From assembly GCA_039189765.1 (NCBI GenBank), contig JBCCYL010000003.1, forward strand, positions 64,001 through 128,000: 64,000 bases of DNA, given 5' to 3'. This document shows positions 30,385 through 42,520 of the stretch, piece after piece; position 1 is the stretch's first letter; the number at the start of each line of letters is the position of its first letter. Source of the DNA: Cyanobacteria bacterium P01_F01_bin.150. Lineage in GTDB: Bacteria; Cyanobacteriota; Cyanobacteriia; CAKZMO01. The notes beneath the pieces are model-generated. The model had not been told where the DNA came from and searched no databases. It worked only from the letters and a program-made list of their open reading frames with translations. A program made the translations under genes and the position numbers.

Positions 30385-33279
30385 ATGGCAACGGAATACG
30401 GTGCTGATCAGATTCAAGTCCTGGAAGGGCTAGAACCCGTTCGTAAGCGTCCAGGCATGTATATTGGCAGCACGGGACCCCGTGGGCTTCATCACTTAGT
30501 CTACGAGGTGGTGGATAATTCGGTGGACGAAGCGTTAGCAGGCCACTGTAAAACCATTCGAGTCGATCTGAATGCCGATGGCAGTGTTCGTGTTATAGAT
30601 GATGGGCGAGGCATTCCCACGGACATCCATCCTACCACTGGAAAGTCAGCCCTAGAGACTGTAATGACGGTTCTCCATGCGGGCGGTAAATTTGGAGGAG
30701 GAGGATACAAAGTCTCTGGTGGTCTGCATGGCGTTGGTATTTCCGTTGTGAACGCTCTATCTGAAATGGTAGAAGTAACGGTATGGCGTAAGGGCAAAAC
30801 CCATATTCAAAAGTATGCCCAGGGTATTCCCCAGGGAGATTTAGCCATTACTGACTCCGACGATACGTCTCGGACTGGAACATCAGTATGTTTTAAGCCT
30901 GATATCGAAATTTTCAAAACCACAGGCATTAAATTTGAATACATCACCCTGGCCAGTAGACTGCGCGAGTTAGCCTATTTGAATGCAGGGGTAGAAATTA
31001 TTTTCACCGATTACCGCTTGGAGCTAATCAAAGCGGAGGAGCCTCATTCAGAGACCTATCACTACGCTGGCGGTATTAAGGAATATGTAAGTTACATTAA
31101 TAATGAGAAGCAAGTCCTGCATGAGGACATCATCTATGTCCAAAGTGAAAAGAAAGGGGTGCAGGTCGAGGTGGCAATGCAGTGGTGTATTGATGCCTAC
31201 TCCGATAATCTGCTGGGGTTTGCTAACAATATTCGCACGGTAGATGGGGGAACCCATTTAGAGGGACTCAAAACGGTTTTGACCCGCACCATGAACAGCA
31301 TTGCCCGCAAGCGTAAAAAGCTTAAGGACAATGATTCTAACCTGGCGGGGGAGAACATTCGAGAAGGGCTAACTGCGGTGATTTCGGTAAAAGTACCGGA
31401 CCCTGAATTTGAGGGACAGACCAAGACAAAATTGGGCAACACCGAAGTGCGGGGAATTGTAGACTCAATTGTGGGTGAAACCCTGACGGAATATTTGGAT
31501 TTTCACCCCAGCGTTGGCGATACGATTTTAGAGAAAGCGATCGAGGCGTTTAACGCTGCTGAGGCGGCTCGACGAGCGCGGGAGCTGGTACGACGCAAGT
31601 CGGTGCTGGAGTCATCGACGCTGCCGGGGAAGCTAGCGGATTGCAGTAGTCGAGACCCGTCTGAGTCTGAAATCTATATTGTTGAGGGAGACTCAGCCGG
31701 AGGCTGTTTTCATGGTGATACTAAAGTTGCTTTGGCCGATGGGCGTAACCTCAGCTTTAGAGATATTGTGACTGAACAGCAGGAAGGGAAAGAGCATTTC
31801 TGTTATACAATCCGACAGGATGGCAAGATCGGCATAGAGCGCATTCTCCATCCCCGTATTACTAAAGCAAATGCTGAGGTAATTAAGGTCACCCTTGATA
31901 ACGGAGAAGACATTATTTGTACTTCTGACCATCGGTTTATGTTGCGAGATGGCTCCTATCGCCAGGCCGCAGAGCTTACCCCCAATGATTCGTTAATGCC
32001 TCTTTACCGAAAGTTCTCTGATATGAAGGACCCTGGCATTACTATTGACGGATATGAGATGGTGTGGAATCCAGCGTCGGACTCTTGGATGTTTACCCAT
32101 ACTCTTGCTGATTGGTGGAACCGTGAGCAATTGAATCAGACTCAAAAGGAGTACTGGAGCGATTATCACAACCGCCAAGCTCAGGCTGAACGGACAAGAC
32201 GCTACTTTGAAGACAACCCTGATCAAAAGACTGTTCTATCTCGAAATGCCCAGAAGCAATGGAATAATCCTGAACTTTTAGAGTGGAGACGACAAGAAAC
32301 GAAAAAACAATGGACTCCTGAGTTTCGAGAGAAACGGCGTATGGCGCTTCGTAAAACTTACTATCGTAAAACTTTAGCAGCCTTGAAGCAGATTGAGGTT
32401 GAACAAGGATGCTTTGATTTGGGCGCTTATCAAGCCTATCGAGTTCAGACGAAAGATAAGTCTTTGCTGAAGTTTGAGACATTTTGCGATCGCTACTTCG
32501 AAGGTAGTGCTGACTTCGCCCAAGAGGCAGTTGCCAACTATAATCACCGAGTGGTGTCTGTGGAACCCATTGCGGAGCGATTTGATGTTTATGACATTGA
32601 AGTGCCCCACAGCCATAATTTTGCGTTGGCAAATGGTGTGTTTGTGCATAACAGTGCCAAGCAGGGGCGCGATCGCCGTTTCCAAGCAATCCTTCCCCTA
32701 CGCGGTAAAATCCTCAATATTGAAAAAACTGACGACTCCAAAATCTACAAAAACAATGAGATCCAGTCATTGATTACCGCGTTGGGCTTGGGAATCAAAG
32801 GGGAAGAATTTAATCCGTCCCAGCTCCGGTACCACCGCATTATCATTATGACCGACGCAGACGTAGACGGTGCCCATATTCGCACCCTGCTGCTAACCTT
32901 CTTCTATCGCTATCAGCGAGACATTGTGGAGCAGGGCTATGTCTATGTGGCCTGTCCGCCGCTGTATAAGGTAGAACGGGGTCGACAGCACTACTACTGC
33001 TATAGCGACACGGAGCTTAATCAGCTTACCCAGGAGCAGTTTCCGGCTAATGCCAACTACACTATTCAGCGATTTAAGGGCTTGGGCGAGATGATGCCCC
33101 AGCAGCTATGGGACACTACAATGGATCCGGAAAATCGGGCGTTGAAGAAAATTGAAATTGAAGACGCAGTGGAAGCGGATCGGATCTTTACGGTGCTAAT
33201 GGGCGATCGCGTCGCCCCCCGTCGGGAGTTTATTGAGACCTACGGTTCCAAACTAGATCTAACGGATTTAGATATTTAA
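30385..33279 (+). CDS. gyrB: DNA gyrase subunit B with intein
   Basis: [18 protein letters not shown]|intein|[32 protein letters not shown]. Confidence 0.98.
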   Translation: MATEYGADQIQVLEGLEPVRKRPGMYIGSTGPRGLHHLVYEVVDNSVDEALAGHCKTIRVDLNADGSVRVIDDGRGIPTDIHPTTGKSALETVMTVLHAGGKFGGGGYKVSGGLHGVGISVVNALSEMVEVTVWRKGKTHIQKYAQGIPQGDLAITDSDDTSRTGTSVCFKPDIEIFKTTGIKFEYITLASRLRELAYLNAGVEIIFTDYRLELIKAEEPHSETYHYAGGIKEYVSYINNEKQVLHEDIIYVQSEKKGVQVEVAMQWCIDAYSDNLLGFANNIRTVDGGTHLEGLKTVLTRTMNSIARKRKKLKDNDSNLAGENIREGLTAVISVKVPDPEFEGQTKTKLGNTEVRGIVDSIVGETLTEYLDFHPSVGDTILEKAIEAFNAAEAARRARELVRRKSVLESSTLPGKLADCSSRDPSESEIYIVEGDSAGGCFHGDTKVALADGRNLSFRDIVTEQQEGKEHFCYTIRQDGKIGIERILHPRITKANAEVIKVTLDNGEDIICTSDHRFMLRDGSYRQAAELTPNDSLMPLYRKFSDMKDPGITIDGYEMVWNPASDSWMFTHTLADWWNREQLNQTQKEYWSDYHNRQAQAERTRRYFEDNPDQKTVLSRNAQKQWNNPELLEWRRQETKKQWTPEFREKRRMALRKTYYRKTLAALKQIEVEQGCFDLGAYQAYRVQTKDKSLLKFETFCDRYFEGSADFAQEAVANYNHRVVSVEPIAERFDVYDIEVPHSHNFALANGVFVHNSAKQGRDRRFQAILPLRGKILNIEKTDDSKIYKNNEIQSLITALGLGIKGEEFNPSQLRYHRIIIMTDADVDGAHIRTLLLTFFYRYQRDIVEQGYVYVACPPLYKVERGRQHYYCYSDTELNQLTQEQFPANANYTIQRFKGLGEMMPQQLWDTTMDPENRALKKIEIEDAVEADRIFTVLMGDRVAPRREFIETYGSKLDLTDLDI
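31705..32652 (+). mobile_element. GyrB intein, 316 aa, no recognisable HNH core
   Basis: Starts [13 protein letters not shown], block B CTSDHRF, block F VYDIEV, ends [13 protein letters not shown] followed by Ser+1. Confidence 0.95.
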
Positions 33280-33325
33280 TCCACACTTTCACAGGGTCTC
33301 ATCTTAATCTGAAACAAAATCAATG

Positions 33326-33354
33326 GTTTTAGGGGTGCATTGCACCCCTAAAAC
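33326..33354. repeat. Perfect palindrome / possible bidirectional terminator after gyrB
   Basis: GTTTTAGGGGTGCA-t-TGCACCCCTAAAAC. Confidence 0.7.
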
Positions 33355-33393
33355 GAACGTAAAGTTGGTACCCTTTTCATATTTCATATTCCT

Positions 33394-34581
33394 ATGAGGA
33401 TAGAAACAATCCGAATTAAGAATTTTAAGGTTCTCCAGAATCTTGAAATGAATAACCTTCCTCAGCTTTGCGTTATCGTTGGTGCAAACGGTACTGGAAA
33501 ATCGACTTTATTCGATGTATTTGGGTTTATTAAAGATTGTCTCATTCATAACGTACGAAGAGCATTACAGGTGCGAGGAGGGTTTTCCGAAGTTCTTAGC
33601 CGTAATGCTAAGCAACGAAAAATTGAGATTGAGATTCAATTTCGCTTGGAGATTGCAGGGAAAGAACGATTAGTCACCTATATATTATCTATCTGCGAAA
33701 AAGCTCGAAAGATTGTGATCGATCGAGAAATTCTAAGGTATAAACGCGGATCGTATGGTAGTCCGTTTCATTTTCTTGATTTCTCTAATGGTAAGGGATT
33801 TGCCATTACCAATGAGGAAGATTTCTCGAAACCAGATGAAGAACTGCATCGTGAAGAACAGGATTTAGATGCAACCGATATTTTAGCGGTAAAAGGTCTT
33901 GGACAGTTCGATCGCTTTAAGGCGGCCAATGCCTTTCGTAAACTAATTGAAAACTGGCACGTGTCGGATTTTCATATTTCCGCAGCCCGAGGGGCAAAAT
34001 ATGCAGCAGGCTACGAGGAGCATTTATCGGACAGTGGGGATAACCTCCAGCTTGTTGCCCGCAATATTTTTGAAAATCACCCTGATATTTTTGACCAAAT
34101 TATCAACGCCATGAAACATCGGGTCCCTGGAATTGCCGATGTTAAGACTTTGAGTACAGAAGATGGTCGTTTGCTGCTGCAATTTCAAGATGGCTCGTTC
34201 AAAGATCCGTTTATCGATCGTTATGTATCTGATGGCACGATTAAGATGTTTGCCTACTTGGTTTTACTGTACGATCCATCGCCCCATCCCGTTTTGTGTG
34301 TGGAAGAGCTTGAAAATCAACTATACGTCAACTTAATGCCAGAACTGGCTGAGGAATTCCGCAGCTATTCCCATCGCGGCGGGCAGGTATTTGTTTCGAC
34401 TCATTCTCCTGATTTTCTCAATGCTACCCGGTTAGAAGAAGTATTTTGGCTTCAGAAACGCAACGGTTATTCACAAGTTTTCCGAGCCAAAGATAACCAT
34501 CAATTGGCTGCATTTATGGCAGAGGGCGATCAAATGGGTTATTTGTGGAAACAAGGATTCTTTGAAGGAATTGATCCATAA
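33394..34581 (+). CDS. ABC-type (AAA_21 / SMC-like) ATPase
   Basis: IKNFK, Walker A GANGTGKST, signature VSDGT, Walker B LCVEELEN, H-loop STHSP. Confidence 0.9.
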   Translation: MRIETIRIKNFKVLQNLEMNNLPQLCVIVGANGTGKSTLFDVFGFIKDCLIHNVRRALQVRGGFSEVLSRNAKQRKIEIEIQFRLEIAGKERLVTYILSICEKARKIVIDREILRYKRGSYGSPFHFLDFSNGKGFAITNEEDFSKPDEELHREEQDLDATDILAVKGLGQFDRFKAANAFRKLIENWHVSDFHISAARGAKYAAGYEEHLSDSGDNLQLVARNIFENHPDIFDQIINAMKHRVPGIADVKTLSTEDGRLLLQFQDGSFKDPFIDRYVSDGTIKMFAYLVLLYDPSPHPVLCVEELENQLYVNLMPELAEEFRSYSHRGGQVFVSTHSPDFLNATRLEEVFWLQKRNGYSQVFRAKDNHQLAAFMAEGDQMGYLWKQGFFEGIDP

Positions 34582-35141
34582 TGTTCGAGCTAGTTTTTTT
34601 TGTGGAGGGAAGAAGTGAGAAGGTGATGCTGGAGGCATTCTTACCCACAATCCTACCGCCTCATATCTCCCCTCGCTGTGTCCCGTTTGAAGGAAAAAAT
34701 GATTTGCTCAGACGCCTGCCTACTAAGTTACGGGCATGGCAAAATCCACAGTCTAAGTTTATTATTCTACGCGATCAAGATAGTGGCGATTGTCTCAAAA
34801 TTAAAGAAAAAATCCTTAATATTTGTCGTAATGAGAACAAAAATGATGCGGTTGTTCGAATCGCTTGTCGAGAGTTAGAGAGTTGGTCCTTGGGAGATCT
34901 TGTAGCGGTTGAAGAAGGACTACAAATATCTGGCTTAGTGCGTCATCAAAACAAGAAGAAATTTCGTAATCCAGATACATTAGACAATGCTGCCCAAGAG
35001 CTGGGAAAACTGACGAATCAAAAATATCAAAAAGTGTCAGGTTCTCGTGCTATTGGTCCACATCTCAATGTGAAACGCAATCGTTCCCATAGTTTTCGAG
35101 TATTTGTAGAAGGCGTGATGCGGATTGTTAATTCTGCATAA
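34581..35141 (+). CDS. DUF4276/RloB-like TOPRIM-fold protein
   Basis: FFVEGRSE, ILRDQD and RELESW motifs; TAATG coupling to the ATPase. Confidence 0.82.
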   Translation: MFELVFFVEGRSEKVMLEAFLPTILPPHISPRCVPFEGKNDLLRRLPTKLRAWQNPQSKFIILRDQDSGDCLKIKEKILNICRNENKNDAVVRIACRELESWSLGDLVAVEEGLQISGLVRHQNKKKFRNPDTLDNAAQELGKLTNQKYQKVSGSRAIGPHLNVKRNRSHSFRVFVEGVMRIVNSA

Positions 35142-35274
35142 TTGGGTTCCCACCGTCAAGTTAATCTCGCATGATTTACATCAGATGCGGAACATTACCG
35201 GGGTTGGGTAACGTCTGGCAATAAGGGTGACGTTCATATCAAGAGAAATCCCTTTGCGCTTGCAGGACACTTCG

Positions 35275-36024
35275 ATGAAAACCGAGCCTAATTCCGTTGC
35301 TATCCCGTTACCCCAAAATGTATCTCGACAATCTGTTGCTGGGCAGCGGCAGTTTAGGCGATTAATAACGCCTCAGAGCATGATTGCTCTGGCAACTCTA
35401 ACCTTTAGTGCTGTAAGTTTAGGGCATCTGCATAAAAGCCATCTGCTGTCCGGATCTAGTCTGCAAACATTTATCCAAGATGCGGGAGCGATCGCCCCCA
35501 TTCTGTTCATCCTGTTAATGGCATTAACGGTGGTGGTCAGTAGCTTACCGGGTTTGCCGCTGGTCTGTGTGGCTGGCGCGATGTGGGGTGGAGTTTGGGG
35601 CGGAATCTATAGTGTGGTCGGGGGATTTCTGGGTAGTTTGATTGCTTATGGATTGGGGCGATCGCTGGGCAATTCTGCTATCAAAGCTATCACGGGTAAA
35701 ACCATCACTTTTACAACCCATCGCAGCCATGCCGTCATTGGAGGTCTAATTTTTCTTACCCGTCTAGTGCCGGTATTTCCTTTTGACGTCATTAGCTATG
35801 GAGCTGGACTGACGCGATTACCATTAATGATTTACGCAAGTACAACGCTTTTGGGAATGGCCCCTCCCACATTTGCCATTGCGTTTCTGGGCAAATCTCC
35901 CAGTACTGCTCTTCCCGCTAGCCCCCTAATGTGGGTAATGATCGCTGGGCTATGTGTGATAATGCCTCTGGCAATATGGCAATACAACTGGTTAGGGTTA
36001 CGGTCTATGATGCGAATCGATTAG
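35275..36024 (+). CDS. TVP38/TMEM64 (DedA/VTT) family membrane protein
   Basis: LPGLPL..VAGAMWG...G, LTRLVPVFPFDVISYGAGL; start uncertain (35227 GTG or 35275 ATG). Confidence 0.88.
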   Translation: MKTEPNSVAIPLPQNVSRQSVAGQRQFRRLITPQSMIALATLTFSAVSLGHLHKSHLLSGSSLQTFIQDAGAIAPILFILLMALTVVVSSLPGLPLVCVAGAMWGGVWGGIYSVVGGFLGSLIAYGLGRSLGNSAIKAITGKTITFTTHRSHAVIGGLIFLTRLVPVFPFDVISYGAGLTRLPLMIYASTTLLGMAPPTFAIAFLGKSPSTALPASPLMWVMIAGLCVIMPLAIWQYNWLGLRSMMRID

Positions 36025-36154
36025 ACGGAAGGAAAAAATCCTTACGGTTTAAGAGTAAGAGTAAAACTTTGAGAGAGATGTGAGGCCTGAGTAAAACGCG
36101 CTAAACTTAACCTGAAGCACCCTAGCTATGAAAGACATTGCACAATCTCAGTCT

Positions 36155-37597
36155 CTAATCCATCTTGCGATCGGACCATTCCCCTCTAAGGGTCTTAAGG
36201 GCTGCGATCGCATGCAGCTTTACCCTCGCATCTTCATCCTGACTGAGCTGCACTAGCGTGGCTTCCGCTTGGGGTTGTCTGAGCTGCCCCAAGCTCATCG
36301 CAATAGACTGTTTAATAATGACTGACTGTCGGGTAACCCCATGATTATTCAATAAATCTAACAGAATAAACGTGGCCTGCTCATAAAGTTGAGGCGACTC
36401 AACTCGCCCTAACATCACCGCAATTTCTTGATAAATGGATGCTTTTGGGTGATAGTCATGTAAATATGAGCTAAGGATATTTAGCCCTTCCTCAGTATTT
36501 GTCCAAATTAGAGAACGAATGACATCGGGCTTAATCACCGTCGGAAAATCCTCAGCCGTCAGTGCGCTACATAACAATGTGGCTGACTCAACCATCTGAA
36601 TCCGACCAAGGGCGATCGCTGTTTGCCGCCTAACCTCCATATCCAAATCCCAAAGCCGAGGCTCAAGGCTCTTGAGAATAGTAGGAATAATAGATGCATC
36701 GCATACTTTCGCCTGTATGCCCAGACCCGTAACCGCTGCTCGACGCACGATTGCCGCAACATCATCTGACGCTATAACTAGGAGATCGGTAACCTGGGAT
36801 TGATGAGCATGGCTAAGGGCTTCAATCACGACTGCGCGCACGGATGCATTGACATCTTGGGTAATGGTCATCAAGATGTCGCGCAGTGCCATATTGGGCT
36901 CCTCAGCAAATATGCGGGCCAATGCTTGAGTTGCTACTAATTTGGTTGCATCATAATGTAACAATTTACTGAGAGGCGCGATCGCTCCCTTTCCTTGCTG
37001 TGCTAGACCCATCACCGCTGCTGTAACGACGTCCTCGCTAGGAGACGTTTGCAGGATTTGAATCAGGGCAGTAATGGCATCTGGATGCTGGATATTTCCC
37101 AAAATCCGCGCGATAAACCACAATAAATCCCAGTCTTCGTCGTCTTCATCATTGTTTGGGACCGACAGGATAGACGGAGACGTGTTGGCCTCAAAGGATG
37201 AAAGGTTGCTTGAAGAGATATTGGAGCGATCGCCATTTTCTGCTTCTCCCTGCTCTGCTTCCTGCGCTGAAGAGCTTAGATTTTCGGCTTTAAACTGGTT
37301 CAAAAGGGTAATCAGTGGTGCAATTGAATCTGGACCAAACCTCTTAATGAGCGATACCAGTTCCCAACGAGTTTGAAAATCTACCCAAGGCATTGCCTGA
37401 ACAGCAAGCTGAATTATTGCCATTCGATCAGATACTAGGCAGTCATCAAAGGATTTCTTGGCCCCATTTGCCTGGACGGAAGGGTTGGCACGCTTGCTTT
37501 TAACTTTGCCTAAAAATTTTCGAATATCTAGAATTAGAGTCGCCCAGTCATGACGTTCGAAGGCGTTGCGAGCATGGGTCAATAAATTATCAGACAT
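36155..37597 (-). CDS. HEAT repeat (PBS lyase-like) protein
   Basis: Repeated D.D..VR..A..ALG helices. Confidence 0.85.
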   Translation of the reverse strand: MSDNLLTHARNAFERHDWATLILDIRKFLGKVKSKRANPSVQANGAKKSFDDCLVSDRMAIIQLAVQAMPWVDFQTRWELVSLIKRFGPDSIAPLITLLNQFKAENLSSSAQEAEQGEAENGDRSNISSSNLSSFEANTSPSILSVPNNDEDDEDWDLLWFIARILGNIQHPDAITALIQILQTSPSEDVVTAAVMGLAQQGKGAIAPLSKLLHYDATKLVATQALARIFAEEPNMALRDILMTITQDVNASVRAVVIEALSHAHQSQVTDLLVIASDDVAAIVRRAAVTGLGIQAKVCDASIIPTILKSLEPRLWDLDMEVRRQTAIALGRIQMVESATLLCSALTAEDFPTVIKPDVIRSLIWTNTEEGLNILSSYLHDYHPKASIYQEIAVMLGRVESPQLYEQATFILLDLLNNHGVTRQSVIIKQSIAMSLGQLRQPQAEATLVQLSQDEDARVKLHAIAALKTLRGEWSDRKMD

Positions 37598-37841
37598 CAA
37601 GGACGACTCATATACATAAGGTCACTAATTACGTTTAGGCAGTGGTAAATCGAGACTATTACCATGAAGGCGGATGATAGTAACGAATTGCCTTTCTCAT
37701 TTTGCTAAAGAACATCTAGTCATTGTGCTTTGGACATCCTTGCTGTTGCAATCATTGCTAAGTGCGATCTCTTCCCTATCCATACCTATGATACTAATAG
37801 TATCAAAGGAGAAAGCTGATATATTTTCATCTCCCTATCAC

Positions 37842-39263
37842 TTATTCTGCGGTACGTTCATCTGGCAACAATCCAACTCCGTCAGCTTCATCCAATCCAT
37901 CATCAGTTATGGAATCATTAGATGAAAATTCTTCCACTACCTCCACTAGGTCTGTTTGCTCTGTATCTTCTGAAACTAGGCTATCTGCGACTTCAGAATG
38001 TTCCAGTGCTAATGAATCTGTATCACCTATCTCTTCAATCATCTCATTGACAGCAGCCTTGCTATCCATTTCTTCAATCATTTCATCGACAGGATCTAGA
38101 GTATCGATATTGTCATTTCGGTGACTAGATTCATCTACTCTGTTAGCCTCTTCTCTAGCCTCAATCTCGTCTAAAGATGGCTCAATCCCAACCTCTCCTG
38201 TGACAGTCTCCAGGCTACCATCGTCTATACTGGCGTTCTTAGAATCTTTTGGAGGCTCATTGGTATTAGACGTATCGCGGCGACTTACTCCATTATCTTC
38301 AGGCTCCTCAATATCCTCAGATTCGTTACTATCGATAGATGGTGGCATATAGTTAGGGTCAATTAAGGCCCCAGCCTCTTCCAAGGTCAGAGCATCTCGC
38401 ATAAGTAAGGAAAGAGTATCATTCCCGCCCGGTTCATACTGGATGATACGTGCTGTATTGTTAAATAAACCCTCGATAGGCTGCTGGTTATCATCTAGCA
38501 ACTCTAGCTGGACCCAATTTTTACCTGGCTTAAATCCTTGGAGATAAATAGGCTCCCATCGCTTAAAAATGAATGGCTCCCCGTTAACCGTGGCACGCAC
38601 TTGCCAATTCTGAGTGATGTTATCTTGGGCCTCTTCAATAGCTTGGCCTAGTGATTCTTGAATAGACGTTTTTGAGTTGAAAAAGTAGTCTAGCAGAATA
38701 GGTTCTGCTCCATAAGTCCCCGTTGGTTGACCGTAGGCCAGCAAAGGTAAATCGTCAGGTGGTACCGTGAGAGGAGTTTTGGTGAAAACGTGGAAAATGG
38801 CTTGGGCATAAGCCTCTGGATTTTTAAAGCTTTCATTCCAAGCTGATGAAGCGATCGCCCGTATCATATGGGTCCCTGGCGTCAGACCTTTCAGCTTTAA
38901 AGGTTCTGTCGTGTCATACACCATCCCATAAAACTGATTATCCAACAGGATGATGAGATGAGGCCCTAGACCAAGCGAATCATCTCTGTATAATTCCAAG
39001 TCACTGGTTTGAAATTTCACAGATACCTCATCGCTGTCAATAATGGCATCAGCCTGCGGTGAAGCAATTGCAACTTTTGGCTTAGCATCGTTGATAGTTC
39101 TCAACATCTGCACGACTGTAGGGGGGGAAACTTCCGAGATACGTTTAATAATGCGGGAGGAAGCCTCTATCGATGGGGCCGCACTACTGCATGCTGTCAT
39201 CCCCAGCACTAGCGCAAGTAAACACGCGATCGCTCCTTTAAATCTTTGCCTCTTATCAAGCAT
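37842..39263 (-). CDS. Conserved cyanobacterial lipoprotein with acidic disordered tail
   Basis: Lipobox LGMTAC, LGLGPHL...PGTHMIRA...WNESFKN, YGAEPILLDY; ATG at 39263 preferred. Confidence 0.75.
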   Translation of the reverse strand: MLDKRQRFKGAIACLLALVLGMTACSSAAPSIEASSRIIKRISEVSPPTVVQMLRTINDAKPKVAIASPQADAIIDSDEVSVKFQTSDLELYRDDSLGLGPHLIILLDNQFYGMVYDTTEPLKLKGLTPGTHMIRAIASSAWNESFKNPEAYAQAIFHVFTKTPLTVPPDDLPLLAYGQPTGTYGAEPILLDYFFNSKTSIQESLGQAIEEAQDNITQNWQVRATVNGEPFIFKRWEPIYLQGFKPGKNWVQLELLDDNQQPIEGLFNNTARIIQYEPGGNDTLSLLMRDALTLEEAGALIDPNYMPPSIDSNESEDIEEPEDNGVSRRDTSNTNEPPKDSKNASIDDGSLETVTGEVGIEPSLDEIEAREEANRVDESSHRNDNIDTLDPVDEMIEEMDSKAAVNEMIEEIGDTDSLALEHSEVADSLVSEDTEQTDLVEVVEEFSSNDSITDDGLDEADGVGLLPDERTAE

Positions 39264-40229
39264 CAATCTCACTAACAGTGACAATAATGCTTTGAAGCAC
39301 TTCCATCCTCGAACAGTTTGCAACACAGTGGTGTAGTCCTCCACTTAACCGGGCAGGCATCTAGGTTTGACACACTTGTCAACCTACCAGTACTTGGCCC
39401 TTTTCAGCAATTCGGATAAGACTAAAATTCATATTTTCGAGGGATACAATACGTTCAAAATGCGAGAAACACGTCGTGTTTCTTAGGAGAAACCTTTTGC
39501 TTGCGATCGCTCTACCTTAATGTGCTTAGTTTAGATAAATTCATAATTTTACAAGAGAACCATGCCGAAAAGCGCATTCTTAATGAATGCAGCTATAGAT
39601 TTTCCCTATAGACATCCTATTTTATTATGATTGATAATTTTTCCTATTTTGAGACTGCACATGTTTGTTTCGTAGAAATGTGGCTTTCATGGCTTACTAA
39701 GACTTACAGCTTGAGAGGTTGCCTTCAGCCCTCAAACCACTATTAGGTATATCTTAAAAGCATCAGACTCTTCCCTGAAAATGGTGTACTTTTATAACTT
39801 TATGTCTACGATGAACGGCTGAGCAGTATTGAGAATTAGTCGCAATCCTATGAAGATCAAGCCTTTCAGAGTTTGAATTATTGTTAAATCGCTTCAAAAT
39901 CATATAAAATACAGAACTATAATGCACTCAATGCCAAACCTCTTGCACTGTTCAATCGTATCTTTTGATACAAAATGGAGCAGTTAGTGAGAATAGTGTT
40001 TGTTCTCTTGCTGCTCAAGGTCTGCATCTGCTTTCTGAAGCTAGATGCGATAGATTGAAACTTGTATCCGTTTAAGAAATCTTAAATAGGATTTATTGCC
40101 GTTACTTTTCGGTATATTTACATCCCTCGGCATTTAGCCGAAGTTTCTTTCGATACTTGTTCTATAGCAGGACACTGCACGAAGGATTGGATGAATTCGT
40201 TCCTGTCTGAAAGAGAGGAGAGTCTCTAA

Positions 40230-42494
40230 ATGACAACTACCCCACGGGAGCGAAAGGCGGAGGTAATAGTCGATAAGGATCCAGTACCTACTTCGTTTGA
40301 GAAGTGGGCAAAGCCGGGTCATTTCGATAGGAACCTTGCGAAGGGGCCAAAAACAACCACTTGGATTTGGAATCTTCACGCTGACGCTCACGATTTCGAT
40401 AGTCATACTAGCGATTTAGAAGATATTTCGCGAAAAATCTTTAGCGCTCACTTCGGCCACTTGGCAGTTGTGTTCGTTTGGCTGAGCGGCATGTATTTTC
40501 ATGGCGCTCGCTTTTCAAATTATGAGGCCTGGCTTACAGATCCACTGAGTATTAAGCCCAGTGCACAGGTTGTGTGGCCTATTGTGGGTCAGGAAATCTT
40601 GAATGGTGATGTCGGTGGTGGGTTCCACGGAATTCAGATTACTACTGGCTTTTTCCAGCTTTGGAGAGCATCTGGTATCACCAATTCTACTCAGCTATAT
40701 GCAACAGCGATTGGTGGCTTGGTAATGGCTGGCTTGATGCTGTTTGCAGGATGGTTCCATTATCACAAGAGGGCTCCTAAGCTTGAGTGGTTCCAAAATA
40801 CTGAGTCTATGTTGAATCACCATTTGGCAGGTCTGCTTGGTTTAGGTTCTCTAAGCTGGGCTGGTCACCAGATTCACGTATCTTTACCCGTTAATAAGCT
40901 GTTGGATGCGGGTGTCGCGCCTAGTGATATTCCTTTGCCTCATGAGTTTCTTTTACATAGAAGCTTGATGGCTGATTTATATCCCAGCTTTGCGAAGGGA
41001 TTAACCCCGTTCTTTACTTTGAATTGGGGAGTCTACTCTGACTTCCTGACTTTTAAAGGGGGATTAAATCCTACTACAGGTGGGTTATGGCTAAGTGATA
41101 CGGCTCATCATCACCTTGCTATTGCTGTTCTGTTCCTCATTGCTGGTCACATGTACCGCACAAACTGGGGGATCGGGCATAGCATCAAAGAAATTTTGGA
41201 AGGGCAGAAAGGTGATAAGATTCTTTTCCCTGGAAAGGGAGGCCATGACGGTCTTTATGAGATCTTAACGACTTCTTGGCATGCACAACTGGCGTTGAAC
41301 CTTGCGTTGCTTGGTTCTCTGACCATAATTGTGGCTCAGCATATGTATGCAATGCCGCCCTATCCTTATTTGGCTACTGATTATCCCACCATGCTGTGCT
41401 TGTTCACTCATCACATGTGGATTGGTGCATTTTTAATCTGTGGTGCGGGTGCTCACGGAGCAATCTTTATGGTTCGTGACTACGACCCTGCTCAGAATGT
41501 GGATAATGTCTTAGACAGAGTATTGCGTTCGCGCGATGCGATTATTTCCCATTTGAACTGGGTTTGTATTTTCCTCGGCACCCATAGCTTTGGTCTATAC
41601 GTGCACAACGACACCATGCGTGCATTGGGTCGTCCTCAGGACATGTTTTCTGATACGGCGATTCAGTTACAGCCAGTATTTGCTCAGTGGATTCAAAGTA
41701 TCCACAACGTAGCGCCTCTTGGTACAGCTCCAAACGCATTGTCGTCTGTTAGCCAGGTCTTTAATGGTGACGTAGTTGCCGTCGGTGGTAAGGTCGCCAT
41801 GATGGGTATGCCTTTGGGCACAGCCGATTTCATGGTTCACCACATTCATGCCTTCACGATTCACGTTACTGTTTTGATCTTGCTCAAGGGTGTACTTTAT
41901 GCGCGCAGTTCTCGTCTGATTCCTGATAAGGGTCAGATTGGATTCCGCTTCCCTTGCGACGGTCCTGGACGAGGTGGTACTTGTCAGGTATCCGGTTGGG
42001 ACCATGTGTTCCTAGGCTTGTTCTGGATGTACAACTCTATTTCGGTCGTAATTTTCAACTTTAGTTGGAAAATGCAATCGGACATTTGGGGCACTGTTAA
42101 TCCGGATGGATCTATTGCGCACATTACTGCTGGTAACTTTGCTCAAAGCTCAATTACCATCAACGGTTGGTTGCGTGATTTCTTGTGGTCCCAAGCTGCA
42201 AACGTTATCAACTCATACGGATCTCCATTGTCTGCCTACGGCATCATGTTCCTTGGTGGTCACTTTGTATGGGCCTTCAGTCTTATGTTCCTGTTCAGTG
42301 GTCGCGGCTACTGGCAAGAGCTGATTGAATCTATTGTTTGGGCGCATAACAAGTTGAGACTCACGCCTGCTATACAGCCCCGTGCAATGAGTATTACTCA
42401 GGGCCGTGCGGCAGGATTAGCACACTATCTCCTCGGAGGGATTGTGGTGACGTGGTCATTCTTTATATGCCGAATAATTGCAGTTTCTGGATGA
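40230..42494 (+). CDS. psaA: Photosystem I P700 apoprotein A1
   Basis: [37 protein letters not shown]. Confidence 0.99.
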   Translation: MTTTPRERKAEVIVDKDPVPTSFEKWAKPGHFDRNLAKGPKTTTWIWNLHADAHDFDSHTSDLEDISRKIFSAHFGHLAVVFVWLSGMYFHGARFSNYEAWLTDPLSIKPSAQVVWPIVGQEILNGDVGGGFHGIQITTGFFQLWRASGITNSTQLYATAIGGLVMAGLMLFAGWFHYHKRAPKLEWFQNTESMLNHHLAGLLGLGSLSWAGHQIHVSLPVNKLLDAGVAPSDIPLPHEFLLHRSLMADLYPSFAKGLTPFFTLNWGVYSDFLTFKGGLNPTTGGLWLSDTAHHHLAIAVLFLIAGHMYRTNWGIGHSIKEILEGQKGDKILFPGKGGHDGLYEILTTSWHAQLALNLALLGSLTIIVAQHMYAMPPYPYLATDYPTMLCLFTHHMWIGAFLICGAGAHGAIFMVRDYDPAQNVDNVLDRVLRSRDAIISHLNWVCIFLGTHSFGLYVHNDTMRALGRPQDMFSDTAIQLQPVFAQWIQSIHNVAPLGTAPNALSSVSQVFNGDVVAVGGKVAMMGMPLGTADFMVHHIHAFTIHVTVLILLKGVLYARSSRLIPDKGQIGFRFPCDGPGRGGTCQVSGWDHVFLGLFWMYNSISVVIFNFSWKMQSDIWGTVNPDGSIAHITAGNFAQSSITINGWLRDFLWSQAANVINSYGSPLSAYGIMFLGGHFVWAFSLMFLFSGRGYWQELIESIVWAHNKLRLTPAIQPRAMSITQGRAAGLAHYLLGGIVVTWSFFICRIIAVSG

Positions 42495-42520
42495 GCCTGA
42501 CGAGGACCTAATTAAGACTT

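Noticed and set aside
39345..40229. HLR1/RpaB boxes or an sRNA in the long psaA upstream region
   Set aside because: Only degenerate AT-rich matches; plausible from known psaAB regulation but not placeable with confidence
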